This document shows positions 41,436 to 50,488 of a stretch of DNA of 64,000 nt, piece after piece (the first letter of the stretch is position 1; the number at the start of each line of letters is the position of its first letter). This DNA is from Candidatus Omnitrophota bacterium (GTDB lineage Bacteria > Omnitrophota > Gorgyraeia > Zapsychrales > Fredricksoniimonadaceae): assembly GCA_903860135.1 (NCBI GenBank), contig CAIOPG010000004.1, positions 272,648 to 336,647 on the forward strand, given 5' to 3'. A program made the translations under genes and the position numbers. A model generated the notes under the pieces. That model saw only the letters and a list, made by a program, of their open reading frames with translations, did not search any database and was not told the DNA's origin.

Positions 41436-42740
41436 ATGGGACTTTTTGAAGAAGAGCAGGGGTCGAACAAGCCGTTGTCGGTGCGCATGCGCCCGGCATC
41501 TCTCGATGAGATCGTCGGGCAGGAGCATATCCTGGGCCCGGGAAAATTGCTGACACGCGCGGTTGACGCGGATCGGGTATCGTCGATCATCCTTTATGGG
41601 CCGCCGGGTGTCGGGAAGACGACGTTGGCTTTATGTATCAGCAAGAAAACGGAAGCACAGTTTGAAAGTGTGAATGCCGTGGCATCGAATGTGGAGGAAT
41701 TGCGCCGGATCATCGCCGGGGCCAAAAATCGTCTGGCTACAACCGGGCGCAGGACTATTCTTTTCATCGACGAGATCCATCGCTTCAACAAGGCCCAGCA
41801 GGATGTGTTGATGCCTGATGTGGAAAACGGTATCCTTGTCCTGATCGGTGCCACGACCATGAATCCTTTCTTTTCCCTTGTTACGCCGCTCTTGTCGCGA
41901 TCGTTGGTGTTTGAATTAAAACCGTTAGGGCCGCTGTCGTTGATGGTTCTTTTGGAGCGGGCTTTGTTGGATGCCGTGCGGGGGTTGGGGCGGTTGCCTG
42001 TCAAGGCGGATAAGGCGGCGTTGGAATTTTTGGCAGACATTTCCGACGGGGATGCCCGGCGGGCGCTCAATGCGCTGGAGATCGGGTGCCTGAGTGTGCC
42101 CAAGAATGAAGCCGGCGAGATTGTTTTTGATCTGGCCGCGGCACAGGAGTCGATCCAGAAAAAGCAGGTGCAGTATGACGGGGACGGCGATGTGCATTAT
42201 GACACGATTTCAGCGTTCATTAAATCCATGCGCGGGTCTGACCCGGATGCCGCCTTGTACTGGCTGGCCAAGATGATCTACGCCGGCGAAGACCCCCGGT
42301 TCATTGCCCGGCGCATTGTGATCTGTGCCGCTGAAGATGTGGGCAATGCTGATCCGCAGGCGCTGGTCCTGGCGAACACCGCCGCCCAGGCGTCGGAGTT
42401 CATTGGTTTCCCTGAAGCCCGGATCATCCTGGCGCAAGCCGTGACCTATGTGGCCTGCGCCCCCAAGTCCAATGCCGCTTATTTGGGGATCGACAGGGCC
42501 CTGGAGGATGTGCGCAACAAAAAAGCCGGTAATGTCCCGTCACACCTTAAAGATGCGTCTTATGCCGGCGCGAAAAAACTCGGCCACGGCCAGGGCTACA
42601 AATACGCCCACGATTTCCCGGATCATTACGTGCCGCAGGAGTATATGCCCTTTAAAGCCACCTATTACGAACCAACGGATCTCGGCTACGAAAAAAAGAT
42701 CCGCGACCGCCTGGAAGTGCTGAGAAAAAGGGCGGGGTGA
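41436..42740 (+). CDS. rarA: Replication-associated recombination protein A (RarA/MgsA, AAA+ ATPase)
   Basis: MRPASLDEIVGQEHILG…, Walker A GPPGVGKTT, MgsA C-terminal domains; start at MGLFEEE with GAGGG RBS (track ORF starts 41289). Confidence 0.85.
   Translation: MGLFEEEQGSNKPLSVRMRPASLDEIVGQEHILGPGKLLTRAVDADRVSSIILYGPPGVGKTTLALCISKKTEAQFESVNAVASNVEELRRIIAGAKNRLATTGRRTILFIDEIHRFNKAQQDVLMPDVENGILVLIGATTMNPFFSLVTPLLSRSLVFELKPLGPLSLMVLLERALLDAVRGLGRLPVKADKAALEFLADISDGDARRALNALEIGCLSVPKNEAGEIVFDLAAAQESIQKKQVQYDGDGDVHYDTISAFIKSMRGSDPDAALYWLAKMIYAGEDPRFIARRIVICAAEDVGNADPQALVLANTAAQASEFIGFPEARIILAQAVTYVACAPKSNAAYLGIDRALEDVRNKKAGNVPSHLKDASYAGAKKLGHGQGYKYAHDFPDHYVPQEYMPFKATYYEPTDLGYEKKIRDRLEVLRKRAG
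42671..42740 (+). repeat. Direct repeat copy 1 (last ~70 nt of rarA); near-identical (~93%) to 43792..43861
   Basis: Manual alignment ACCAACGGA(T/C)CTCGGCTACGAAAAAAAGATCCG(C/T)GACCGCCTGGAAG(T/C)GCTGAG(A/G)AA(A/G)(A/C)GGGCGGGGT(G/A)(A/G). Confidence 0.6.
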
Positions 42741-42742
42741 AC

Positions 42743-42781
42743 TGTGTTAATAACATATGCGTTGAAAATGTTATTAACACA
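42743..42781. promoter_or_regulatory. Perfect 14-bp inverted repeat TGTGTTAATAACAT-N11-ATGTTATTAACACA immediately upstream of fic start
   Basis: Read from sequence; candidate operator / recombination site at the island boundary. Confidence 0.4.
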
Positions 42782-42796
42782 TGTTATCCTTCAAGC

Positions 42797-43768
42797 ATGA
42801 AGCCGCCATTTGATATTACCCTTAAAATTTTGAATCTTGCCACCGAGATCAGTGCCCTGGTTGGCCGGCTGGAAGGGGCGCGATTGAAGGTTCCTCTCGT
42901 TGATCTGCGGCGCCAGATTGATGCGTCCTCTGTTCATTCCAGCTGTGTGATCGAAGGTAATCGTTTGACGCTGGATCAGGCGACAGATGTGATCAGCGGT
43001 AAACGTGTTGTAGGTTCCCCCCAAGATATCCTGGAGATCAAGAATGCGCATGAGCTTTACGCGATGATTGAGGATATTGATCCCCGCCGTGGCAAAGACC
43101 TTTTGCGGGCGCATGGGGTGCTGATGAAAGGCCTTGGGGTGAGCGCAGGTCAATACCGACAGACCGGCGTTGTGGTCAGAAGTCAGCGGGTTGTGGTGCA
43201 TACAGCCCCGCCATACAGGAAAGTCCCGGAATTGATGGAGCAACTTTTTGAGTTCATCAATCACCCAGAGGGAATACATGCTCTGATCGCGTCCAGCATT
43301 TTTCATTATGAGTTTGAATTTATTCATCCGTTCGAGGACGGGAACGGCAGGATGGGCCGTTTCTGGCAAACCTTGATGCTGCGGCATGCCCAGCCATGTT
43401 TCAGTCTTGTGCCGATCGAGAGCACCATCAAGGATCATCAGCAAGCCTATTATGAGGCGATCGCGCGTTCGAGCAAGGAGGGGAAATCCACGGTTTTCAT
43501 TGAATTCATGCTCGGGGTTATTTTTGAAGCGGTGCAGGGCCTTGAGAAGCTTGCATCAGGTAAGGCAAAGCCTTCGGAGCGGATCGCGTTCATGATGAAA
43601 CATTGCCCCAGGCAGTTTACCCGCAAAGAGTATATTCAGCTTATTGGCGATATCGAGGCGCATACAGCCTCCAGGGATTTGAGCGAGGCGGTTGAACAGG
43701 GGCTGATCGTCATGAACAGCTCCCGCGCCAGGGCTGTGTATAGGAAAGTGTTAGATAGGAAGAAATAA
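42797..43768 (+). CDS. fic: Fic/DOC family protein (class II, intrinsic inhibitory SxxxEG motif; C-terminal wHTH)
   Basis: Canonical Fic active-site motif HPFEDGNGRMGRF; N-terminal SSCVIEGN inhibitory motif; start at MKPPFD (track GTG 42737 overlaps rarA stop). Confidence 0.85.
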   Translation: MKPPFDITLKILNLATEISALVGRLEGARLKVPLVDLRRQIDASSVHSSCVIEGNRLTLDQATDVISGKRVVGSPQDILEIKNAHELYAMIEDIDPRRGKDLLRAHGVLMKGLGVSAGQYRQTGVVVRSQRVVVHTAPPYRKVPELMEQLFEFINHPEGIHALIASSIFHYEFEFIHPFEDGNGRMGRFWQTLMLRHAQPCFSLVPIESTIKDHQQAYYEAIARSSKEGKSTVFIEFMLGVIFEAVQGLEKLASGKAKPSERIAFMMKHCPRQFTRKEYIQLIGDIEAHTASRDLSEAVEQGLIVMNSSRARAVYRKVLDRKK

Positions 43769-43770
43769 AG

Positions 43771-43790
43771 ACAGTGTGTCCTGACTTTTT
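43771..43790 (+). repeat. Post-gene motif copy A: ACAGTGTGTCCTGACTTTTT (3 nt after fic stop)
   Basis: Same ~20-nt motif recurs at 44219-44237 and 45177-45196, each directly after a stop codon. Confidence 0.5.
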
Positions 43791-43791
43791 A

Positions 43792-43861
43792 ACCAACGGA
43801 CCTCGGCTACGAAAAAAAGATCCGTGACCGCCTGGAAGCGCTGAGGAAGCGGGCGGGGTAG
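43792..43861 (+). repeat. Direct repeat copy 2: duplicated rarA 3'-terminal fragment (encodes …PTDLGYEKKIRDRLEALRKRAG*) downstream of fic
   Basis: See copy 1; indicates insertion of fic cassette into the 3' end of rarA with target-end duplication. Confidence 0.6.
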
Positions 43862-43914
43862 GTCTCGCGGAACAACAACTTGTCAAAGCCGGCGAAGCCT
43901 GCCATAATTTTAAT

Positions 43915-44214
43915 ATGACAACACAACAAAAAATCCTTCAACAATTTGATACGCACGAAGCTGACATCCGGTCTTTCGGTGTCAAACGCATCGGCCTTTT
44001 TGGTTCTTTTGCCCGGGGGCAGGAGAATACCCGGAGCGATCTCGACGTTCTTGTTGAATTTAATCGGGGGCAAAAGACGTTTGATCATTTCATGGATTCA
44101 AAGTTTTTCTTGCAGAAACTTTTTGGCAAGAAAATAGACCTTGTGCTCAAAGACTCTTTGAAGCCGTCCCTGCGGCAAAGAATTTTGAAGGAAGTGATTT
44201 GTGCGGGATTATAG
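43915..44214 (+). CDS. Nucleotidyltransferase (MNT/MntA-like antitoxin-type, 99 aa)
   Basis: GLFGSFARGQENTRSDLDVLVEF = GSx9-13DxD minimal nucleotidyltransferase motif; no HEPN partner adjacent. Confidence 0.75.
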   Translation: MTTQQKILQQFDTHEADIRSFGVKRIGLFGSFARGQENTRSDLDVLVEFNRGQKTFDHFMDSKFFLQKLFGKKIDLVLKDSLKPSLRQRILKEVICAGL

Positions 44215-44218
44215 AAAA

Positions 44219-44237
44219 AACAGTGTGTCCCGATTTT
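44219..44237 (+). repeat. Post-gene motif copy B: ACAGTGTGTCCCGATTTTT (after MNT stop)
   Basis: See copy A. Confidence 0.5.
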
Positions 44238-44310
44238 TCCGATTTCTTAAATATGCATGTAGGGTCAGGTTTTCAACCTGACCATTTCTAATGTAATTGG
44301 AATAAAACAT

Positions 44311-45168
44311 ATGCCCCAACAAGCTATGCCGGAAACAAAAATTGCGATTTTCAGAAGGAAAGAGATCCGCAAGGCTATTCATAACGATGAGTGGTGGTTT
44401 GTGATCGTGGATGTGATCGCGGCATTGACAGATTCTGTTCAACCGGAGGGTTATATCAAGGATATGCGTCGTCGTGATTCGGAATTATCTCAAGGGTGGG
44501 GGCAAATTGCCACCCCCCTTTCTATTAAGACTCCTGGTGGTTTGCAAAGACTGAACTGCGCCAATACGGAAGGTGTTTTTCGGATCATCCAGTCGATCCC
44601 TTCTGCCAAGGCTGAGCCTTTTAAGAAATGGCTGGCGAAGGTGGGGTATGAGCGTATTCAGGAGATTGAGAATCCGGAATTAGGCACTAGGCGTACTCGG
44701 GCATTGTATAAGGCTAAAGGGTATTCGGATGACTGGATTGAAAAGCGGATGCGCGGGATCACTATTCGGGAAGAATTGACTGATCAGTGGAAAAAGCACG
44801 GCGTCAAAGGGGCCCGCGAATATGAGATCCTGACGGCGGAAATATCCCGGGCAACTTTTGGTCTGACGCCTGATAAATACAAGAAATTGAAAAGCCTTAA
44901 ACGAGAGAACCTGCGCGATCATATGACGGACCTTGAGTTGATCTTTTCCATGCTTGGCGAGGCATCAACGACGCAGATCACGAAGGTAGAGCACCCGGAA
45001 GGTTTTATTGCCAACAAGGCCGTGGCCGTTCGCGGTGGCAGTGTTGCGGGTATCGCCAGGAAGAAGCTTGAACAGGAAACGGGGCAGAAGGTTGTCAGTA
45101 AGATCAGCTATGTCCAGGTTCCGCAAAAGAAACTAATATCTAAGGTTTCCGTGTCAAAGCCTGCGTGA
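44311..45168 (+). CDS. Bro-N domain protein, DinD (DNA-damage-inducible protein D)-like
   Basis: N-terminal Bro-N pattern (KIAIFRRKEIRKAIHNDEWWFVIVDVIAALTD…RIIQSIPSAKAEPFKKWLAKV); C-terminal part resembles DinD family. Confidence 0.6.
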   Translation: MPQQAMPETKIAIFRRKEIRKAIHNDEWWFVIVDVIAALTDSVQPEGYIKDMRRRDSELSQGWGQIATPLSIKTPGGLQRLNCANTEGVFRIIQSIPSAKAEPFKKWLAKVGYERIQEIENPELGTRRTRALYKAKGYSDDWIEKRMRGITIREELTDQWKKHGVKGAREYEILTAEISRATFGLTPDKYKKLKSLKRENLRDHMTDLELIFSMLGEASTTQITKVEHPEGFIANKAVAVRGGSVAGIARKKLEQETGQKVVSKISYVQVPQKKLISKVSVSKPA

Positions 45169-45176
45169 AGAAGTAA

Positions 45177-45196
45177 AACCGTGTGTCCCGATTTTT
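45177..45196 (+). repeat. Post-gene motif copy C: ACCGTGTGTCCCGATTTTTT (after DinD-like stop)
   Basis: See copy A. Confidence 0.5.
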
Positions 45197-45516
45197 TCTA
45201 CATCTTACTTTTCAGATCCTGGGGGAAATTGTTTCAAGAAGTTTCCAGTACGCCGTTGAAGATAGAATAGTTTATTTGACATATTTGCCAGTGCATTCAT
45301 ATCTAATAGAAGCATACAATTTAGTATCCTTTCATGCAGTATTATTATGTTCCCATCATTTACCGCAGGGGCGGGTTCTAAACCCGCCCTTTATGGTTAA
45401 CGCCTCGTGTTTGCCCGAGTTCAATGATTTCAAGGAAATTCTGCTATCGAAAAGGGATGGTTGATGATATTATAGGACGGTTTTTGAAGGTTTTTTACTT
45501 GTTATAGAAGGTATGT

Positions 45517-46077
45517 GTGTTGATTCCAACCAAAGATGAATTACGGCAGTTGATGCTTGGCCGCATTAAGGCACAAAAGGAGGCAGTCGCTTTATTCAAG
45601 AGCCAGGTCATTTGTGAGAAGGTTGTGGATTTGCCGGTTTTCAGGAGTGCACGGACGATTTTATGTTACGCGTCCTTTGGTGGCGAAGTGGATTCTTTTG
45701 CCCTGATGCAAAAGGCCCTGGACCAGAAGAAACGCGTGGCGTTGCCGCTGGTTAGGAAAGAAGATAAACGCATTATTGCCATGTTGATAAATTCCCTTAA
45801 CGGGCTTAAGCCGGGCGCTTACGGCATACCAACACCTGCGGATATCGCAGGGAATGCCGTGGCACCTGAAGAGCTCGACCTAGTCGTTGTGCCCGGAGTG
45901 GCGTATGATCGCCTGAATAACCGTCTGGGCCGCGGCGCGGGATATTATGACAGATTTCTTTCCGCATTGCCTGCTGCAACGCCGACCATCGGCCTCGCGT
46001 ATGATATCCAGATGGTGGATGTCTTGCCAAGGATCGAAGCGCATGACCGTCCGGTTTCGCTAGTTATCACCAATTAA
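45517..46077 (+). CDS. 5-formyltetrahydrofolate cyclo-ligase (MTHFS) family protein
   Basis: …LVVVPGVAYDRLNNRLGRGAGYYDRFL… conserved G-x-G-x-G-YYD motif. Confidence 0.7.
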   Translation: MLIPTKDELRQLMLGRIKAQKEAVALFKSQVICEKVVDLPVFRSARTILCYASFGGEVDSFALMQKALDQKKRVALPLVRKEDKRIIAMLINSLNGLKPGAYGIPTPADIAGNAVAPEELDLVVVPGVAYDRLNNRLGRGAGYYDRFLSALPAATPTIGLAYDIQMVDVLPRIEAHDRPVSLVITN

Positions 46078-46213
46078 CATCATCACGAAGCGCCCGGATA
46101 TTTCCGGGAGACACATGAAGAACAGCTTGCGCGCAACGCATCCGCTTTGAGGGTGTCGCCGCCATGCTGGATCAAACCAACCGCGTTGCACGCGATAAAG
46201 AAGGAGTTATTGT

Positions 46214-47785
46214 ATGGGCGAGAATGTGTTATTGAATATCCTGGTTTTTCTGGCCGTGGGCGGCGGGGCTTTTGCCGGAGGTTATTTTTTGAGCCGTTTT
46301 TTCAAGGGCCAGCAGTTTGCCAAGGTTGAGCAGGAAGCATCCACGATCCGCGATATGGCGCGCCGCGAAGCGGAAACGTACAAGAAAGAATCCGAGCTTT
46401 ACGCCAAAGATACGCTGTTAAAACTGCGGCAGGAATTTGAGCAGGAAAGCAAGCAGCGCCGCGAAGAACTTTCCACCACCGAGCGCCGTCTTTTGCAGAA
46501 GGAAGAAAACGTCGAAAAGCGCCTGGACCTCCTGGACAAGAAGGAAAAGGACCAGACGACCCGCCTCGATACCCTTAAGCAGAAAGAAACTGAAAACACG
46601 TTAAAGGCGGATGAGCTCACGAAGCTGATCCAGCAGGAGAAAGATACGCTTTTCCGCATTTCGAATTTGAGCCGCGATGAAGCCAAAAACATGCTGTTGG
46701 CGCGCGTGGATGAAGAGCTGGCCCATGAGAAGGCGGTGCGTATCCGTCAGGTCGATGAGGAGATCAAGGAGAGCGCGGACAAGAAGGCCCGCGAGCTCAT
46801 TTCGATCGCCATGCAGCGCTGTGCGTCTGATCATGCGGCCGAAACCACGATCAGCGTGGTGCAGCTGCCGTCAGATGAAATGAAAGGCCGCATCATCGGC
46901 CGTGAAGGGCGCAATATCCGCGCCCTGGAACAGGCTACCGGCGTAGATATTATTATCGACGATACGCCCGAAGCGGTGACCATTTCCGGTTTTGATATGG
47001 TGCGCCGCGAGATCGCGCGCATTGCCCTTGAACAGCTTATTTCTGACGGACGCATTCATCCGGGACGCATTGAAGAGGTGGTTGAGAAGGCCAAGAAGAC
47101 GCTCGATCAGAAGATCAAGGAAGAGGGCGAGCAGGCCGTATTTGAACTGGGTATCCACAACATGCACCCTGAACTCGTGAAGCTCATCGGCCGCCTCAAG
47201 TACCGCACGAGTTTTGGCCAGAACGCCTTGCAGCATACAAAGGAAGTGGCACGCCTCATGGGTGTCATGGCGTATCAGCTGGGCATTGATCCGCAGCAGG
47301 CCAAGCGCGCCGGTATCCTGCACGATATTGGTAAGGTTGTTTCAACCGAAGCCGAGGAGGGCACGCACGCGGTTGTCGGGGCGCGCCTCGCACGGAAATT
47401 TGGCGAGGTTGAGCTGGTGGCGCGCGCGGTTGAGTCGCACCACAATGAGGTTGAGGTAGCATCGGTATTTGGCGTGCTGGTGTGTGTGGCCGATACGGTG
47501 AGCGCGTCACGTCCGGGCGCCCGTGCGGAATCGCTTGAAACTTATGTCAAGCGCCTTGAAGGGCTTGAGAAGATCGCGTATTCGTTCAAGGGTATCGAGA
47601 AGGCCTTTGCCTTGCAGGCGGGCCGCGAGATCCGCGTCATGGTTGATCCGGCCAAGATGAACGACGATGAAGCCGTTGTCCTTTCGCGTGATATCAAAAA
47701 GAAAATCGAGGCCGAGATGGAATATCCCGGCCAGATCAAGATCCTGGTTGTCCGTGAAACACGCGCCATGGAGTATGCCAAGTAA
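46214..47785 (+). CDS. rny: Ribonuclease Y
   Basis: N-terminal TM, coiled-coil, KH domain (GRIIGREGRNIRALE), HD domain (ILHDIGK…). Confidence 0.9.
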   Translation: MGENVLLNILVFLAVGGGAFAGGYFLSRFFKGQQFAKVEQEASTIRDMARREAETYKKESELYAKDTLLKLRQEFEQESKQRREELSTTERRLLQKEENVEKRLDLLDKKEKDQTTRLDTLKQKETENTLKADELTKLIQQEKDTLFRISNLSRDEAKNMLLARVDEELAHEKAVRIRQVDEEIKESADKKARELISIAMQRCASDHAAETTISVVQLPSDEMKGRIIGREGRNIRALEQATGVDIIIDDTPEAVTISGFDMVRREIARIALEQLISDGRIHPGRIEEVVEKAKKTLDQKIKEEGEQAVFELGIHNMHPELVKLIGRLKYRTSFGQNALQHTKEVARLMGVMAYQLGIDPQQAKRAGILHDIGKVVSTEAEEGTHAVVGARLARKFGEVELVARAVESHHNEVEVASVFGVLVCVADTVSASRPGARAESLETYVKRLEGLEKIAYSFKGIEKAFALQAGREIRVMVDPAKMNDDEAVVLSRDIKKKIEAEMEYPGQIKILVVRETRAMEYAK

Positions 47786-48558
47786 TGAAGGTCTTATTCC
47801 TGGGCGATATTGTCGGGAATCCCGGGCGGGAAGTTTTCGCCAAACATGTGCCGGCCATGCGCCGTAACGGCGAGGTGGATTTTGTGATCGCCAATGCCGA
47901 GAATGCGGCCGGTGGTTCCGGTATTACCGAGACGGTGGCGCGCGAACTCTTTTCGTTCGGCTGTGATGTGATCACGCTTGGGGATCATGTGTGGGACAAG
48001 CGCGAGGTGTATCCGTATTTAAATAGCGCCCCTCATGTGGTGCGGCCTGCGAATTTTGCTTCCGAAGCGCCGGGCCGCGGGATGTGTGTGGTGGATGTCA
48101 ATGGCACGCGGGTGGCGGTGATCACGCTCATGGGGCGTACGTTCATGAAGTTTCTGGTGAATTGCCCGTTCCGGGCGCTGGATGTCCTTCTGGGCGACCT
48201 GACGGGAGCCAGGGTGGTTGTGGTTGACATGCACGCCGAAGCGACCAGTGAAAAAGTGGCCATGGGTTGGTATGCCGACAGCAGGGTCAGCGCGGTCTTG
48301 GGGACGCATACGCACATTCAAACGGCCGATGAAAAGATCCTGCCCGGCGGGACGGCATATATAACGGATGCCGGCATGACCGGACCGTATGATTCTGTGA
48401 TTGGCCAAATCAAAGAGCGCATTGTTGCGCGCTACTTGACTGGGCTTCCGAATAAATTCGAAGTGGCCCCGGGCAAGGCCACGCTGTGCGGGGTGGTGGT
48501 TGACATTGATGAGACCACCGGTCGTGCGCGATCGATCGTGCGTGTTCAAAAAGATTGA
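47785..48558 (+). CDS. YmdB-like metallophosphoesterase (TIGR00282 family)
   Basis: MKVLFLGDIVGNPGREV…ANAENAAGGSGIT…; conserved rny–ymdB gene pair. Confidence 0.8.
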   Translation: MKVLFLGDIVGNPGREVFAKHVPAMRRNGEVDFVIANAENAAGGSGITETVARELFSFGCDVITLGDHVWDKREVYPYLNSAPHVVRPANFASEAPGRGMCVVDVNGTRVAVITLMGRTFMKFLVNCPFRALDVLLGDLTGARVVVVDMHAEATSEKVAMGWYADSRVSAVLGTHTHIQTADEKILPGGTAYITDAGMTGPYDSVIGQIKERIVARYLTGLPNKFEVAPGKATLCGVVVDIDETTGRARSIVRVQKD

Positions 48559-48959
48559 ACAGAGGAGGTAATATGACCTGGGAAGGATTAAATCGCCGGC
48601 AATTTCCACGTGCTAATTTTCCGTGCCTGATCAAGATCGTGCATGACGGCCAGGGGGATGAGGCTATCCTGACGCATACGGAAAACATCAGCACCGGCGG
48701 CAGTTCGGTGATCATCAAGAAGTCCCTGGAGTTGTTCATGGCTGTCAAGGTTGAGGTTGATCTGATGGATGGCGGAGACATTGTTGCCAGCAATGCGAAG
48801 GTGGTATGGGCGGTGCGCCGGAAAGCGATCGAGGAGCAGAAGCCATCATTTTATGATGTCGGTTTGGAGTTTCTTGATTTGAATGAAGTGGCTCGTCAGC
48901 GCGTGGCCCGCACGGTTGAGCATTTGGTGCGTTTTGGTCGCCAGACACCTATGTATTAA
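48555..48959 (+). CDS. PilZ domain protein (c-di-GMP binding)
   Basis: RRQFPR (RxxxR) and NISTGG (D/NxSxxG) PilZ motifs. Confidence 0.65.
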   Translation: MNRGGNMTWEGLNRRQFPRANFPCLIKIVHDGQGDEAILTHTENISTGGSSVIIKKSLELFMAVKVEVDLMDGGDIVASNAKVVWAVRRKAIEEQKPSFYDVGLEFLDLNEVARQRVARTVEHLVRFGRQTPMY

Positions 48960-48971
48960 AGAGAGGCGTAT

Positions 48972-50249
48972 ATGGTCAAGGTACGGTTTGCCCCGAGTCC
49001 GACGGGGAATTTACACATTGGTGGTGCGCGCACGGCTCTGTTCAATTGGATGTACGCCAAAGCCCAGGGCGGGCAGTTTGTTCTGCGGGTCGAGGACACC
49101 GACCTTGAGCGTTCCAAGCCTGCGTATGAGGCAGAGATATTGAACAGCATGGCCTGGCTCGGCTTGACGTGGGATGAGTTTTACAAGCAGAGTGAGCGGT
49201 TTTCTATTTACAGGGAACACGCCGAAAAGCTTGTGGCTGAGGGGCGGGCTTACCGTGATGGGACGGCCGTGCTCCTTACAGTTGACAAAAGTCGCGATAT
49301 CAAGTTCGACGATCTTATCCGTGGGCTTATCACATTCAATACTGATGAGATCAAGGATCAGGTGTTGATGAAATCCGACGGGTCGCCGGCCTACAGTTTT
49401 AGCTGTGTTGTCGATGACGCGCTTATGGGGATCACCCATGTCATCCGCGGTGAGGACCACATATCCAATACACCCAAGCAAATCCTGATTTATGAAGCCC
49501 TGGGGTTCAAGCCGCCCAAGTTCGGGCATTTGCCGCTCATTATGGGGGCTGACGGGGCACGTTTGTCGAAGCGTTTCGGGGCGGTGGCGGTCAGCGATTA
49601 CCGCGGCGAAGGTTTCTTGCCTGAAGGGCTCGTTAACTATCTGATGCTGCTGGGCTGGTCGCCGGGCAATCAGGAGATCATTGATTTAAAAAGTGCGTGT
49701 GCGAAATTCTCGATCAAGAAGGTTAATAAGACCGCCGCGCAGTTTGATATGGAAAAGCTCAAGTGGACCAATGCGCAGTACATCAAACAGGTCGACACCG
49801 CGGTGCTGACGGAGCTGATCATTCCCTTGCTCAAGGAAGAAGGTATGATCCTTGACGGGTACGACAAAAAGCGTATCGCTACGGCCGTGCATCTTTTTAA
49901 GTCGCGCATGGCGACCTTGCGTGATTTTATCGAAAGGGCAGGGTTTCTTTTTGTAAGGGATTTGCCCTGGACTGACGCGCTCAAGGCCGAACTTCGCGTG
50001 AAAGATCTGTCGCGGGAATTTCATATGCTCGCTGATCGCCTGACAATGGTTGAATCGTTCGATACCGCGACGGCCGAGCAGGTTTTCCGTGCCCTGGTGG
50101 CGGAGCTGGGTATTCCCAGCGGCGATCTGGTGCATCCGGTGCGTTTGGCCATCAGTGCCTCTGCGGTGGGTCCCGGACTTTTTGAGACGATGGCTGTTCT
50201 TGGCAAGGACTGGACGGTGGCGCGCCTGCGCGCGGCCTTTGATCTATAA
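48972..50249 (+). CDS. gltX: Glutamyl-tRNA synthetase
   Basis: Class I HIGH-type motif (PSPTGNLHIGGARTALFNW) and LSKR (KMSKS-like); 425 aa. Confidence 0.85.
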   Translation: MVKVRFAPSPTGNLHIGGARTALFNWMYAKAQGGQFVLRVEDTDLERSKPAYEAEILNSMAWLGLTWDEFYKQSERFSIYREHAEKLVAEGRAYRDGTAVLLTVDKSRDIKFDDLIRGLITFNTDEIKDQVLMKSDGSPAYSFSCVVDDALMGITHVIRGEDHISNTPKQILIYEALGFKPPKFGHLPLIMGADGARLSKRFGAVAVSDYRGEGFLPEGLVNYLMLLGWSPGNQEIIDLKSACAKFSIKKVNKTAAQFDMEKLKWTNAQYIKQVDTAVLTELIIPLLKEEGMILDGYDKKRIATAVHLFKSRMATLRDFIERAGFLFVRDLPWTDALKAELRVKDLSREFHMLADRLTMVESFDTATAEQVFRALVAELGIPSGDLVHPVRLAISASAVGPGLFETMAVLGKDWTVARLRAAFDL

Positions 50250-50324
50250 TCAGCAAGCTTTTTCTTTTGACAATTGGCGCTCTTGCCGGTATATTTGAGG
50301 CTCCTGAAAAGCCGCTCAATTTAT

Positions 50325-50395
50325 TGACCCGTTGTGTAATGGTAGCACGACAGCCTCTGGAGCTGTTTGTCTAGGTTCGACTCCTAGCGGGTCAG
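50325..50395 (+). tRNA. tRNA-Gln (CTG)
   Basis: U1:A72 acceptor (TGACCCG/CGGGTCA) typical of bacterial tRNA-Gln; anticodon stem ACAGC/GCTGT with loop CTCTGGA; T-arm CTAGG-TTCGACT-CCTAG. Confidence 0.75.
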
Positions 50396-50488
50396 TTATT
50401 TCTTCCCTTCCGAAAAACAATCCAAATACCCGTTGTTATTATTATTTTGCCCGTGTATACTTTTGATAATTACTAAATTCCTAATGCA

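Noticed and set aside
48972-50395. gltX immediately followed by tRNA-Gln as a hint of indirect Gln-tRNA formation (no GlnRS)
   Set aside because: A full-length glnS with HIGH/KMSKS motifs is present at 54463..56196, so direct glutaminylation is available.
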